This document shows, piece by piece, positions 10,901-20,329 of a stretch of DNA of 64,000 bases. The notes under the pieces were generated by a model. The model saw only the letters and a program-made list of their open reading frames with translations, made no database searches and was not told where the DNA came from. How positions within the stretch are numbered: position 1 is the first letter of the stretch; each line of letters starts with the position of its first letter. The position numbers and the translations under genes were made by a program. The stretch is from a virus. The DNA is taken from IMG/VR virus record IMGVR_UViG_3300005758_000132, positions 1-64,000 of that record; one strand, written 5' to 3'.

Positions 10901-10966
10901 ATCATCGCCAGGGTTGCCGGAAACGGAGCCATCGTCCACGTAGAAAATTGCGTTGCTGTAGCTCAT
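7961..10966 (-). CDS. Large tail fibre/spike protein with GGxGY repeats and a right-handed beta-helix
   Basis: GGSGYTIGDILTI/GGTGYTPGDVLTI repeats; NNTITSIIATNCYAGVEF-type parallel beta-helix repeats. Confidence 0.75.
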   Translation of the reverse strand: MSYSNAIFYVDDGSVSGNPGDDSARAALASCTASNPSGTITRINKTGHGLTTGAVVDLTDFDAWLNGAWKITVFNADNFDLDGATWQATVDASGTVTPRGGSSWADAWETISDGPLAARIQPGDTIRVAKSGDPVSVGGATWTGGPIGAEVTISSSTDATPIVVTTSTNHGLNNGDYVRVYDHSTNTTANGTWKVANKTLNTFQLIDAETGANSVGAGGGAGSGGKVRQINAQVVYLDTAQTKTIDNCESAWTVVGGYVNDAITVTAGGSGYTIGDILTIDSGPTDATVEVLTVDTTGPVLTVAVPFGGTGYTPGDVLTITGGGNDATVTVLTVGAVPYPVLTVSVTTGGTGYSTGTSVNTSGGSGGGCQLDILTVDDGGVLTVQLDTQSVLGGYTAGSGKLTSGGSGSGCTLTITVDDSGALTLDTPSGQSPQSAAHVTHIVGNIIVAGAAAARLAYKTITSTDFSSHDSITLWAKSNGTNPLATDEYRICLCSDTNGQTVVDTFLVPALPAQSRWYPLVIQKSGGGALGAAIQSIALYSDTATQAGAYLSVDNISACDAAGLNLHTLITKNTQAFGGTEFTFAIESISGRVVMLAERAGSPQFTPSGSTAKRGYLGTTENVTTYLRKPIALSVVSSSANTARDDGQYGGTINYSGGWDTVSNTQNGVTIYDGQTGYGSGIYCSLSYNTFTRFHVTRYMYGFHFEDAGSFRNTVTDITATHCNQYGVFLSEGNNNTVTSTRVNYCSTGAHFSSCSNNTITSIIATNCYAGVEFLSCLNNTIQAITASYCSSGAVFYPTTNGNELNSGSFTNCDRGVETSGGQNYGRDLTFSSCAENVYAYPAARSRRFDSKNHNSTGQNYLFDVGVEVVSAPTTRSGGAGLMWGITLTNPLGPYRDEGWPFYMPIAQVPVEANYLVTASLWMKKTDSTDIAASFICKGGQIAGVTTDVETVKASDTAWQNVTITFTPTERGVVELGAKVWFVTSTPETVYIDDITISQAV

Positions 10967-10998
10967 GAAAGCTCCATTTCAAAAAAGATGACTGCTGC

Positions 10999-12759
10999 TC
11001 AGATAGCAGTTTCAGCGCGGTTGTAATGAAGGACAACGGTCTTTAGTGTCATGTCACCAATACCGTCAGGCGTATAACCTTGCACTAGCAGTGTAATGGC
11101 TGACGTGTCCGTAGCAGTTATGGAGACCAAACCGTTGGAGCCGTGCGTACTGCCGCTGTCAAAAGTGTTGCCGAATCCTATCTGAGTATTAGAGCCCGTC
11201 CTCATGATAGTGAACGTCACTTTTATCCAGCCGCCACTGACAGTCGACGAAGCTGTAACAACTGTGGTTCCGTTGAACTTAACGGTAGGAGTTTTATTGT
11301 GGCCAGTCGTGGCTGACGCGGTTGAGAAAATTAGTTCACCCGTAATAGACGCACCGTTTGAGTTCAACGTATTGGCGGGAATGTCGGTAGTCCACAATGT
11401 CTCAGCTACCAATCCGGTTGTGGACGTGTTTGGATAAGCGCTCGCCAGTGTAATTGGCACGCTGTTATAGGTGCCACTTGTGCCAAAATTAGATTCTGCG
11501 TTAGCAACACGCACACCATTTGAGCACGTAACCAGCAGCGAGTTGTCGGCTTGTACAGTCAAATTGGTAACAGCATACACGTCTAGAGCTGCGCTAGACG
11601 CAACTGAAGTCGTAAGAATGACATCAGCTTGCAAATCGTAGCTATGTGTACCTTTACCAATAATGGTGACGCCGCTGTTACCTGAATCAGCTTGAATGAC
11701 GTCAACATCAACATCCGCGATAGCAGCGCCGCGGCCACGGATGACGGTATTCACGTTGTCGGTGAACGCCTGTATGGTGTCAGCACGAAGCACGTCCGTG
11801 ACGTAAACATCGTCACTGAATGTTGCCGTCGACGCCGTGACTTGAAGCGTAGATGCGCTGGCAATTACAGACGTAGTGTTGATTACATCAGCTTGCAGAT
11901 CGTAGCTATGCGTGCCTTTACCAATAATGGTGACGCCGCCGTTTCCTGTGTCAGCCTGAATAACGTCAACATCAAGGTCTGCAACAGCTGTGCCTCGACC
12001 GCGGATGCTTGGATTTACGTTATTGGTGAACGACTGAATGGTGTCAGCGCGGATAATATCACTGACGTAAACATCGTCGCTGAACGTTGTCGTCGTCGCT
12101 GTAACTTGAACAGTGTTACCAACAATGTTGACTAAACCACCGGTGGCTAGCAGTTGCAAACTTCCAGCGGGATTTTCTACGTGCTCCGTGCCGATGCGAT
12201 CCGCTACCAAGTCGACGGAGTGCGTTCCTCGCCCTGCGACAGTCACGTAAAAATTATCGGTCGCAGGCTCCACAAGGTCGAGTTGAATGCTGTTGGGCGC
12301 GATTGAACCGTCTGTCTGCGCGCCGATAGCGTCTAGCACCTGCCTGTTGTAGTCAATCGCGGTCGCCCAGGCGTTCACTCTAGCAGCGTATCCTTTCTGC
12401 CCTTCAGACGGCACGCTCAACGCGGCATACGCGGTCTGAAGCGAGATTACGCGCACAGCGGAGTCAGGCATCAACCGGAAGTTGGTTTCGCTAGTCTGCG
12501 CAACGTTATTCGTAATCACGAGCGTGATGACGTAATCGCCGATGACGTCAACGTTATCCAGCGATGCAGAGACAGACGTTGGGTTGACGATCGTCGCCGT
12601 AACTGACCCGGCGGGCTTGCACTGAAGCGTCCACTGCACGCTAGATATGGCAGACCCATCGCCAAGGCTGACAGCCCCTGCCGTAAGAGGTATGCTAGAA
12701 GGCAATGTGCCCGCTGAGTATGTGGAATCAGCACCCGCGTTTGCGATAGGATCGGCCAT
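10999..12759 (-). CDS. Tail fibre-like protein with PKD-like N-terminus and tandem repeats
   Basis: PIANAGAD...SSVQWT PKD/Ig-like start; internal 88-aa tandem duplication. Confidence 0.7.
   Translation of the reverse strand: MADPIANAGADSTYSAGTLPSSIPLTAGAVSLGDGSAISSVQWTLQCKPAGSVTATIVNPTSVSASLDNVDVIGDYVITLVITNNVAQTSETNFRLMPDSAVRVISLQTAYAALSVPSEGQKGYAARVNAWATAIDYNRQVLDAIGAQTDGSIAPNSIQLDLVEPATDNFYVTVAGRGTHSVDLVADRIGTEHVENPAGSLQLLATGGLVNIVGNTVQVTATTTTFSDDVYVSDIIRADTIQSFTNNVNPSIRGRGTAVADLDVDVIQADTGNGGVTIIGKGTHSYDLQADVINTTSVIASASTLQVTASTATFSDDVYVTDVLRADTIQAFTDNVNTVIRGRGAAIADVDVDVIQADSGNSGVTIIGKGTHSYDLQADVILTTSVASSAALDVYAVTNLTVQADNSLLVTCSNGVRVANAESNFGTSGTYNSVPITLASAYPNTSTTGLVAETLWTTDIPANTLNSNGASITGELIFSTASATTGHNKTPTVKFNGTTVVTASSTVSGGWIKVTFTIMRTGSNTQIGFGNTFDSGSTHGSNGLVSITATDTSAITLLVQGYTPDGIGDMTLKTVVLHYNRAETAI
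11620..12110 (-). repeat. Tandem duplication with a 264-nt (88-aa) period inside the fibre gene
   Basis: acgtaaacatcgtc occurs at 11801 and 12065; TFSDDVYV...RADTIQ...GKGTHSYDLQADVI appears twice. Boundaries approximate. Confidence 0.85.
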
Positions 12760-12771
12760 GATGTTCGCCTC

Positions 12772-14160
12772 TTACGTGTTCAGGTTGAGCCAAGGGTTGG
12801 ACGCCATCGAGCAGTTGAGTACGCTGACAGAATATATGCCGTGAATAGGTGCACCATTAGTCTCTTTGCAGGTAAGGGTAAGTACATAATCAGACTGCCA
12901 GACATACTGCACCCAACGGCGAGAACCAGGTCCTGTATCAACTGCCGTAAGAAATACAGCAGCATTATTCTGATTTATATACATTCCGGCATCCGTGCGA
13001 AACGTAATAGTCAGTTCACCGTCCTGGCCGCTCCAGTCCAAGCTCGCCACTGGGTTGTATGCGAGTGCGTAGCTATAGGAGAAAACAGCTGCATTAGTGT
13101 CCACTTTTCCGACGAGCAGCGGCGCGGTTAATGGCAGCGACGACTTGACGCGTAGCGTGTCCGCCGTTGCGCTAGATACGTCACCGACAACTGTAGGCCA
13201 CGCAGTATTGATCGGATCGAGCGTGGCCTCCAAATCGTCTGTCCGCTCGGTAATCTGAACCAAGCCTTGGAAGGTAGTATCGCTCAGATCAGAGTTCCAG
13301 CCAGTGTACTCCGTCGCTAGGAGCGGATCGAGGTCATCGCTGAGACGGAACGTCCCGCCACTGATAGGCCAACGCCCATCACGAACCTTTGATAGCGCAG
13401 CGAACAGCGCGGTGAAGGCCTCTGGAATACTCGGAGTGCCGCCGCGGTCTTCCGCGTAAAACTTCAGCGCGCGACCGTCAGCTAGGTTCGTATCGCTAGA
13501 TTCGAACGTCTCATCTGGTAGGTCTAAGAAAAAACGCGGCTCCAAGAACACGGAAAACCCAGACACCTCTTGGGCGCGTGCGATAACCACCCAGTCAGAC
13601 GATGATGTGGGCGGAGTAGTGTCAGCGCCTACGGGCGAGAGTGCTAGCTCGACGTAATCCGCGATCCTGGTATTGACGGAGTCAGTCACCTCAGCCGTCG
13701 TAAGCTCGTCCCAAAAACGTCTATTCGCCGGAGTCTCTCCAAGCGGGTCTTGGCGTCTGCGCGCCCACACGTAAGGCCTACGACCCACGTGCGCGCCGAA
13801 GTTTAGGCTAGGAGTGCTACGCGCCTGACCAACGAGCGATACGCGCTCATACTCGCACACAGAGACGTATCCGATTGAGTGACCTTCGTTGTTCGCCGTG
13901 CGCGTGACAGTCATAAACTTGAACGGCTCAAACGTCACTGCACCAGGCGTAGTGCCGTCGTACACAAGACGAGAGCAGAGTCCGAACCGCCCCTGATTAT
14001 TTACAGTAAACGTGGACGTGTTGCTGTCAGCACCTACGATCACACTCGTCGAATCAGCGACTGCTTTGGCGGCAAGGTCACCGATGGCGTCAATATCGCC
14101 AAGGTCCGCGCGCTCTAGCTCGTGCCAGAGCACCTTTCCACCTGTCTTTGTAACGGTCAT
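12772..14160 (-). CDS. Baseplate/tail structural protein
   Basis: 462-aa ORF between the baseplate J-like gene and the fibres; GAGG RBS. Confidence 0.55.
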   Translation of the reverse strand: MTVTKTGGKVLWHELERADLGDIDAIGDLAAKAVADSTSVIVGADSNTSTFTVNNQGRFGLCSRLVYDGTTPGAVTFEPFKFMTVTRTANNEGHSIGYVSVCEYERVSLVGQARSTPSLNFGAHVGRRPYVWARRRQDPLGETPANRRFWDELTTAEVTDSVNTRIADYVELALSPVGADTTPPTSSSDWVVIARAQEVSGFSVFLEPRFFLDLPDETFESSDTNLADGRALKFYAEDRGGTPSIPEAFTALFAALSKVRDGRWPISGGTFRLSDDLDPLLATEYTGWNSDLSDTTFQGLVQITERTDDLEATLDPINTAWPTVVGDVSSATADTLRVKSSLPLTAPLLVGKVDTNAAVFSYSYALAYNPVASLDWSGQDGELTITFRTDAGMYINQNNAAVFLTAVDTGPGSRRWVQYVWQSDYVLTLTCKETNGAPIHGIYSVSVLNCSMASNPWLNLNT

Positions 14161-14169
14161 TTATGCCTC

Positions 14170-15543
14170 TCAAGTGAACGAAATTGCTGAGTTCTGAAGC
14201 GTGAGCGTGTGTCGCATGGAAGCTGCGCGCAAGTCAGCCGTGGGAGACACTACCTGAAAATTAGTGACCTGCGGATAAGCTCGAATGGCAACCTCCGCGT
14301 GCCAGATCAAAAACCTTCCGCCCAGCGGAACAGTGCGCGTGTACTCGACCAGCGCGTCACGGATGATCTGCTCGCCGTCCAGGCGATTGATACCCGGAGC
14401 GAACTCTGCTCGACACACGAGCGAGAACGGCTGCTCTATCGCGTGTCTAACGCGTACGCGCGTGCCGGCCGCTCGATACCCATAAGACAGCACGTCTAAC
14501 GCGTCGTTTGAGCCCTCAACGAGGCGCTGCACGTCTAGGACCTTGCCGGTGTAGACCTGGTGTCCGTAGATGGACCATGTCTGACCTGGGTTCAACGTAG
14601 TGCCCAGAAGCTCAACCATTCCGCGTTCGTGAATGACCACCGCACCCGGTAACGCGTTTTCGATTAGGCCGCGGAACACCCCGTCAATCGCGATAAGAGG
14701 CTCGCTCGCAGCCGGTCCATCAAAGTAGAGCACCGCGGCTCCATTATCGCCGGCTGTTCCGCTGGTCACCTGTGCTGCTCGCGTTTGTCCTGCGAGTGAC
14801 GGGTCGCCTAACACGAGTTCGGTATAACCAGGCATATCGGAGGACTCAAACACGGATGCGTGCCTGACGTAGTCTAGCGCGATCGAGCGAAGGCCGGCGG
14901 GGGAGGACCTTCCAATACCGGCTAAGAGCATCTTAGCGCGCTGAATCAAGCTCTCGTCGCGCTCTTCGTCCTGTCCACCGCCGATGCTCTCGATGTTGGT
15001 CACTGACACGATATCGTCAGGTAGACCACCGCCTTGAACGATCGTGCGGACGGTGCCTGACCGCGCGTTGCCGATAGATCCGAGCTTCGTGCAAGTGACA
15101 GCGATGGGAGTACCGCCAGACACTGGGTAGACCGTCTGCCCCGGCGCAAACGTGATGGTCTGGGTGGTGATGTATTCCACGGTCGAGTCTGCGCTTGACC
15201 TGACCTTGGCCCCAGCGGGAACGACAAGCGTTCCAACGTCAGAGGATCGCGTGAACTGCATAGCGTTACCCGCAGCAGCACTGGCGACCTTGCGGCTAAT
15301 AGCTCGACCGGCCATGATCTGCGCCACAACGTCGTCGAGGTAACGACCGCGCGTGTCAAGACCGTGAGACCTGGCGATGGCAGAGAGCCGCGCGTCAAAC
15401 TTGGCTAACACGCGTGCCACGCCCAGCGATAGCTGACGCTCTACTGAGCCTTCTTCGAGGTCTACACTGTTGTTGAAAGCTACGATGCCTGCGAGCAATT
15501 CGCGGTCATAATCTGAAGGGAGCTTTGGCTTGTATTCTGCCAT
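14170..15543 (-). CDS. Baseplate J-like wedge protein
   Basis: VTCTKLGSIGN and VTNIESIGGGQDEERDESLIQR are baseplate J signatures. Confidence 0.9.
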   Translation of the reverse strand: MAEYKPKLPSDYDRELLAGIVAFNNSVDLEEGSVERQLSLGVARVLAKFDARLSAIARSHGLDTRGRYLDDVVAQIMAGRAISRKVASAAAGNAMQFTRSSDVGTLVVPAGAKVRSSADSTVEYITTQTITFAPGQTVYPVSGGTPIAVTCTKLGSIGNARSGTVRTIVQGGGLPDDIVSVTNIESIGGGQDEERDESLIQRAKMLLAGIGRSSPAGLRSIALDYVRHASVFESSDMPGYTELVLGDPSLAGQTRAAQVTSGTAGDNGAAVLYFDGPAASEPLIAIDGVFRGLIENALPGAVVIHERGMVELLGTTLNPGQTWSIYGHQVYTGKVLDVQRLVEGSNDALDVLSYGYRAAGTRVRVRHAIEQPFSLVCRAEFAPGINRLDGEQIIRDALVEYTRTVPLGGRFLIWHAEVAIRAYPQVTNFQVVSPTADLRAASMRHTLTLQNSAISFT

Positions 15544-15545
15544 TT

Positions 15546-17237
15546 TCAACCTACCGTAGCGATCGGGGCGGCAATTTTTAACGGACTGTCACCGTTCACG
15601 GTGTACACTGTGGCGGTCGCCAGTATTTTGTCATCAGTGCGCTCGACGACCAAGTTGTTGACCGATAATACTCTAGTATCGCGAAGCATTTGGTCTTTCA
15701 GGTCAACGGCGAACCTCGCCACGTCGTCATCAAAAAGCGTCTCTCCTACGGTAGGAAGCAAACCCCACTGAGGAAATAACGCGCTAGGTTTACGCACTGA
15801 TTTACCGCGCTCCGTGATGGCTTGGATGATTAAGGCTGAGCCGCCGATCCTGCGATACCCTGTACCATCCCAAGCTAGGTCGCCGTCTTCCGTGATGTAG
15901 TACGACTGACCTATCAAGTCATCAGCGGTAGAGGACGATCCAACGTCAAACGGCACTCGAAACGCTGTGCCAGCCGGCGCGATAGGACTACCATTATTCA
16001 GCTCCCACGGGTCGATAATACCGTTTAGCTCAGCGATATCTCGCCACCGGTCTGGGTCGCCGAACACGCGAGCAGCGATGTCTGATAACGACTCGTATCC
16101 TAGCGCGTACACCACTCTGCTAGTTGGTCGAGGCGTCACTTCTTCGTTACCAGCCGTCGGAGAGCTGAGGTCTGTAGCCTGCGCGTCAAGCGCTATCGGA
16201 AGACCGCGAATACCCAGCTCAGCCATTAACTCAGTCGAAAAATCGCTCCAAGCCACTTGCAGATCAATCAACGTGTCACGCGTAAGACTGTCGACTGACG
16301 GCAGCGCTTCTGCTGTCTGCTGAAGCTCGTCAACGGCTTGTGTGACAACGAGCAGCGAGTTTGTGATCAGCGCCGTTGGAAAAGACATGATGCGCTGAAA
16401 CTCTTGTCGAAGCTCGTTGAATCTGTTGAGCAATCTGTTCACGCGCATAACCTGCGCTCGAACCCGACCCATCGCCATAGACAGTATGCGAAGCGCAACT
16501 GTACCTTTTACGACAGCGCGCTCAGCCAATGTGAGGAAATCAGCGTCATCAGATTCAAGCGACGAGATGCTGTTATTTAGGTAAGCGTCGTAGTCGTCTA
16601 CCGATGGCTCTTTGTATTTATCGAGCCACTCGCTGCCGAACGATTTGTTCAGGCGATTCTTTATCGCCTTTTCTTTTTCCTGTTTTGCAAGATCGTCCTG
16701 CGCTTTTGCTAGTGGGCTGACCGCGGTTGTATACGCCTGACCGAGACGCTTTACAGTGGTGATATCCAGTGACCATCCAAAGTCACCGAGATTCTTGCCG
16801 GAGGCTGCGTTGATTTTGATGTCAACCTTAGCAACCTCCCACGATGCCTGCTCATACAGCGCGTGAAAGAGCAGCTTGTCATTATTGACACTGCGCTTGT
16901 ACCAGCCGCGTGTCTTGGACGCAGCTTCAGTAAACGACCTCAGGAACGCGCGCAAGTTGCCAATGCGCTCCACCGCTGTCTGCGATCGTGTTTCGCCTGC
17001 ATCATCAGTTGCGTAGCGGTCTTCCTGACCTGTCTCGCCAGACAATGTGATGACCTCGTTTCGATACCGCGTAAACTGCACCACAGCGTCGCTGCCTGAC
17101 GCGATAGGCCAGTCAATGCGGCTCAGCATGGGCAGCGAGAAGTCTATGCTCATGCACCATGACAGCTCAAAAAATGTGCTTGTTCCGTCGGGCTTTTGGT
17201 GCTCAAGCAAGTATCGAATCGGCGTGCTGATTGGCAT
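15546..17237 (-). CDS. Baseplate protein with LysM-like and C-terminal gp25-like domains
   Basis: ESLSDIAARVFGDPDRWRDIAELNGI (LysM-like); DQMLRDTRVLSV (gp25-like). Confidence 0.75.
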   Translation of the reverse strand: MPISTPIRYLLEHQKPDGTSTFFELSWCMSIDFSLPMLSRIDWPIASGSDAVVQFTRYRNEVITLSGETGQEDRYATDDAGETRSQTAVERIGNLRAFLRSFTEAASKTRGWYKRSVNNDKLLFHALYEQASWEVAKVDIKINAASGKNLGDFGWSLDITTVKRLGQAYTTAVSPLAKAQDDLAKQEKEKAIKNRLNKSFGSEWLDKYKEPSVDDYDAYLNNSISSLESDDADFLTLAERAVVKGTVALRILSMAMGRVRAQVMRVNRLLNRFNELRQEFQRIMSFPTALITNSLLVVTQAVDELQQTAEALPSVDSLTRDTLIDLQVAWSDFSTELMAELGIRGLPIALDAQATDLSSPTAGNEEVTPRPTSRVVYALGYESLSDIAARVFGDPDRWRDIAELNGIIDPWELNNGSPIAPAGTAFRVPFDVGSSSTADDLIGQSYYITEDGDLAWDGTGYRRIGGSALIIQAITERGKSVRKPSALFPQWGLLPTVGETLFDDDVARFAVDLKDQMLRDTRVLSVNNLVVERTDDKILATATVYTVNGDSPLKIAAPIATVG

Positions 17238-17249
17238 GGTTGATACCCC

Positions 17250-17933
17250 TTATGGAGAGCTTGGAGACGGAGCAGAAAGGCCGTTAGCCGTCGCGCTGGC
17301 CGCCGTGGGGAGAGATGGTCCCGATGTGCCTGGTACCGCTGGTGTGTAGGACCCTGGCACCGCGCTATTCGCAAGAGACGCGATGGTGGTCTCGTGCTTG
17401 TAAATGAGGTCATACATGGCTTGCGCCCACGCTAGGAAAGCGCTGCTCGCGACAAGACCGGTGTCAGATATGCCGTTTGTCGCGACGCGAGTAGAGGCTG
17501 ACTCTATGCGCAATGCACGAGCCGGCTTGAGAACAATATCACCGTCCTTGGTCATCGTGATCGTAGAGCCAGCGTGCGTGATGACTCGGTCGTCTGTCCC
17601 GGTCTGATTGGGGCGGTTTCCGTTGCTATCATCAGTCACGGTACCGCTGACATTAGCTGCGCTTCTGCCTTGCAACGCGCCTATGATAATTGCTTTGTTA
17701 GGCCCTAGAACAGCTAATAGAACGCGCTTTCCGACAAGCGGTGTGGAGTCGCCGGTGTCTCCTACAACCTCACACTTGACGAACAGAACGCTATTGTTGT
17801 CCGGCAAGACGTCAAACATTCTGAGTCCGCGCTCAACGTGCTCTGCTGTGACCACGCCCTCGACGATCGCAGAGCTAGTCGTGAACGTGGTACCGAATAA
17901 ACCAGGCGGTCCAAGACCGTATTGATTCGCCAT
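17250..17933 (-). CDS. Baseplate central spike (gpV-like)
   Basis: VGKRVLLAV...IIIGAL OB-fold pattern followed by GSTITMTKDGDIVL beta-helix. An alternative GTG start lies at 17939. Confidence 0.7.
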   Translation of the reverse strand: MANQYGLGPPGLFGTTFTTSSAIVEGVVTAEHVERGLRMFDVLPDNNSVLFVKCEVVGDTGDSTPLVGKRVLLAVLGPNKAIIIGALQGRSAANVSGTVTDDSNGNRPNQTGTDDRVITHAGSTITMTKDGDIVLKPARALRIESASTRVATNGISDTGLVASSAFLAWAQAMYDLIYKHETTIASLANSAVPGSYTPAVPGTSGPSLPTAASATANGLSAPSPSSP

Positions 17934-17935
17934 CG

Positions 17936-20329
17936 TCACACCACCTTCGTCTTCGCCTGAGCTACGACAGCGTTAAGGTCCGTGCCTAGCGAGTCGTATC
18001 GATTGTCTTCAATTTGCGCGTGATGATAAACGCCGCCAGTTCCTGTAGGCTTACCGGATAGAGTGCCAGCCGTTCTGCTAGCCTTGAAAATTCGCTTTAT
18101 ATCGTTTGGCGCAAGTTTTTTGAACGAGTTTCGACGGCGACTTTGAGCGCCAAAACCATCTTCATGTTTTAGCGGAAAACCGAAGTGTTTATTCAACGTT
18201 GCCAACAGTACTGCCAAGGACGTAAGTTGCGCCGTAGACGGTAGAAACAGCTTATCTTTTCTGACCACTGCACGCATACCACCGGTGAATTCCTTATAAA
18301 TCTTGTAAGTAGGCTTGTCGCCAACTTCTGAATCCGCCTCGTAATATACCCAACCACGGTTGGCAGCTATCAGCCTGCTCTCCGGCGTGGTGGCGTACTG
18401 TAAGTCAGGCCATATCAAGTCAATACCGACGGATGTCGAGTTGATGTCGTAGCCCGCCACACCTGCGTGATTCACAGAATACCCGAGATCGGCCATCTGA
18501 AGAATTGACCCGTCGGGGTCAATAGCGAAGTGCGACGACACAACGCTCTTGCCTTCGTCCATCTGCTTTTTGAAATAATTGCGAAGAAATACACCAGTGG
18601 CTTGAACTGAGCCAGCATTGTAGTGCACGATCATCGTGTTAAAGCCGTCAGCAGAGCGGATCTCAGAGGCGCCTGGAATATCTTGCACCTGAATAAGCAT
18701 TCGCGATGCAGGACCAGCTAACCCAGGCACGTATGGATATTCCTTGCCTCGTGAAATGATGCTCGTTGTAGGCTGCGGCTTCTCGACTTCCTTGGTGGCG
18801 GCAGCTTCCGCAGGCTCTGGCGGTGCCTTTATCGGCAGCACTTCAATAGACCGAGGTTCGCGCTGTCGTTCGTCAAAGCACCCGCGGCTATACCGCACCT
18901 GAGTGCTGCCATATACTAGCCCGTCTTCGACAGTAGCAGAGTGAGTCACAGCTTCAACGTAGGCGGTAAGGACAACACCGTCACCCAAGTCAAACTTGAT
19001 CGGGTCGCCGTGTCTCACGCGAAAATCGACCGCAGGCAACGTAGCCATACCGGATTCGTAGAGACCGTTGTGCCCATAGAACTGCTGGGCGCACACTGAG
19101 ATAGTTTGTGCCATCTCAAGGATATTCTGCGCCTCTTCATTTAGCATTGGAGGTATGAACGGCCAGTTGATCGAGTTCAGCCGGAAGCCGTCTCGATCTG
19201 CGCGCTCGCGGTCAATGACCGGCAATCCGCATCCCTCCGCCAAGCGTATGCCGTCACCACCTCGGAACTCAGAGAACCAGGTCGTAGACGCCGTGTAGTC
19301 CTCTTCATGGTTAACATCGCCGCTGATTGTCGACGGCTTCACGCGGATAGCGGACGCGCTCTTCCAGGTCGGGATTGAGAACGGCTTAAGCTCAAACGTA
19401 CCGGCTTGGCCTACGGTCGCGTACGGATTGAGCGGGTCTTCCGGAAGTGATTGATCTTCTTCAACGAAGCGCTTTACCTCGTCCGCGCTGCGCGCGCGAA
19501 ACGGGGCCATGCGGTAAATCATGCACAGCCGTCTGCCGGCGATAGCTAATCCATACGGATTTGCGTTAGGGTCTGCTGGCGTCGATGTCGCCTGTGGCTC
19601 GTTGAAAGAATATATTCGAGGAAATAGTTCAGTGAGCTGTGGACAGGCTTGGAACGTACCGAGGAGCAGGTCAAGCGCACGAGATGACGTCTTCAGAAAC
19701 GAGCGCAAGCCATTCACGGAAAAGCCTTGAACACGCTCAATGTCGAGCTTGATGCCGACAGTTTTCGCGTCTTCAGTTGTGGTGATTACGTTCACGATAT
19801 CACCAAACCGCTGACCTGACGGAATGAGTGCTGTAGGTACTTTGAACGTATACGTAGCGCGAACGAGGTCCTTGAGCACCGCGCCGAGTCTATTACCGGC
19901 GCCAAGGTTGTTAATCATCTGATTCATAGTGGCGTCCATCCACTCTGACGTCGGATAGAACGAGCCAACCTTGGTCTGACGACTTACAACGGCAATGACG
20001 TCGAGACGACGACCGGCGTCAAAGAGGCCGATCGCTTCAATGTCCATAGGCGTCTGCGTAACGCCACGCTCATTGCTTACTACTGACCATCCAGCACCTG
20101 ACGTGCGCCCAAAAAACAGCGGTGAACCAGCCTCGTCGTAGAGCACAATCCAGTCTCTTCCAATCGGTCTAAGAGACAGCGGGAAGGGCTCGACGGAGGC
20201 TGTTAGCGTTTCCCACGGCGGAGAAACTTGATTGACTAGCGAAAACGAGAGAACCTGAAGCGCTAGCTTGCGCATACCCGTTCTCGAAGAACGCTCGTCA
20301 CCATCAGCGTAATAAATTACTAGCTTCAT
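17936..20329 (-). CDS. Baseplate hub protein with C-terminal N-acetylmuramoyl-L-alanine amidase domain
   Basis: Hub-like YVEAVTHS...TQVRYSRG, then Amidase_2 motifs IVHY, SSHFAIDPDGSILQ, HAG, NSTSVGID, HHAQI. Confidence 0.75.
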   Translation of the reverse strand: MKLVIYYADGDERSSRTGMRKLALQVLSFSLVNQVSPPWETLTASVEPFPLSLRPIGRDWIVLYDEAGSPLFFGRTSGAGWSVVSNERGVTQTPMDIEAIGLFDAGRRLDVIAVVSRQTKVGSFYPTSEWMDATMNQMINNLGAGNRLGAVLKDLVRATYTFKVPTALIPSGQRFGDIVNVITTTEDAKTVGIKLDIERVQGFSVNGLRSFLKTSSRALDLLLGTFQACPQLTELFPRIYSFNEPQATSTPADPNANPYGLAIAGRRLCMIYRMAPFRARSADEVKRFVEEDQSLPEDPLNPYATVGQAGTFELKPFSIPTWKSASAIRVKPSTISGDVNHEEDYTASTTWFSEFRGGDGIRLAEGCGLPVIDRERADRDGFRLNSINWPFIPPMLNEEAQNILEMAQTISVCAQQFYGHNGLYESGMATLPAVDFRVRHGDPIKFDLGDGVVLTAYVEAVTHSATVEDGLVYGSTQVRYSRGCFDERQREPRSIEVLPIKAPPEPAEAAATKEVEKPQPTTSIISRGKEYPYVPGLAGPASRMLIQVQDIPGASEIRSADGFNTMIVHYNAGSVQATGVFLRNYFKKQMDEGKSVVSSHFAIDPDGSILQMADLGYSVNHAGVAGYDINSTSVGIDLIWPDLQYATTPESRLIAANRGWVYYEADSEVGDKPTYKIYKEFTGGMRAVVRKDKLFLPSTAQLTSLAVLLATLNKHFGFPLKHEDGFGAQSRRRNSFKKLAPNDIKRIFKASRTAGTLSGKPTGTGGVYHHAQIEDNRYDSLGTDLNAVVAQAKTKVV

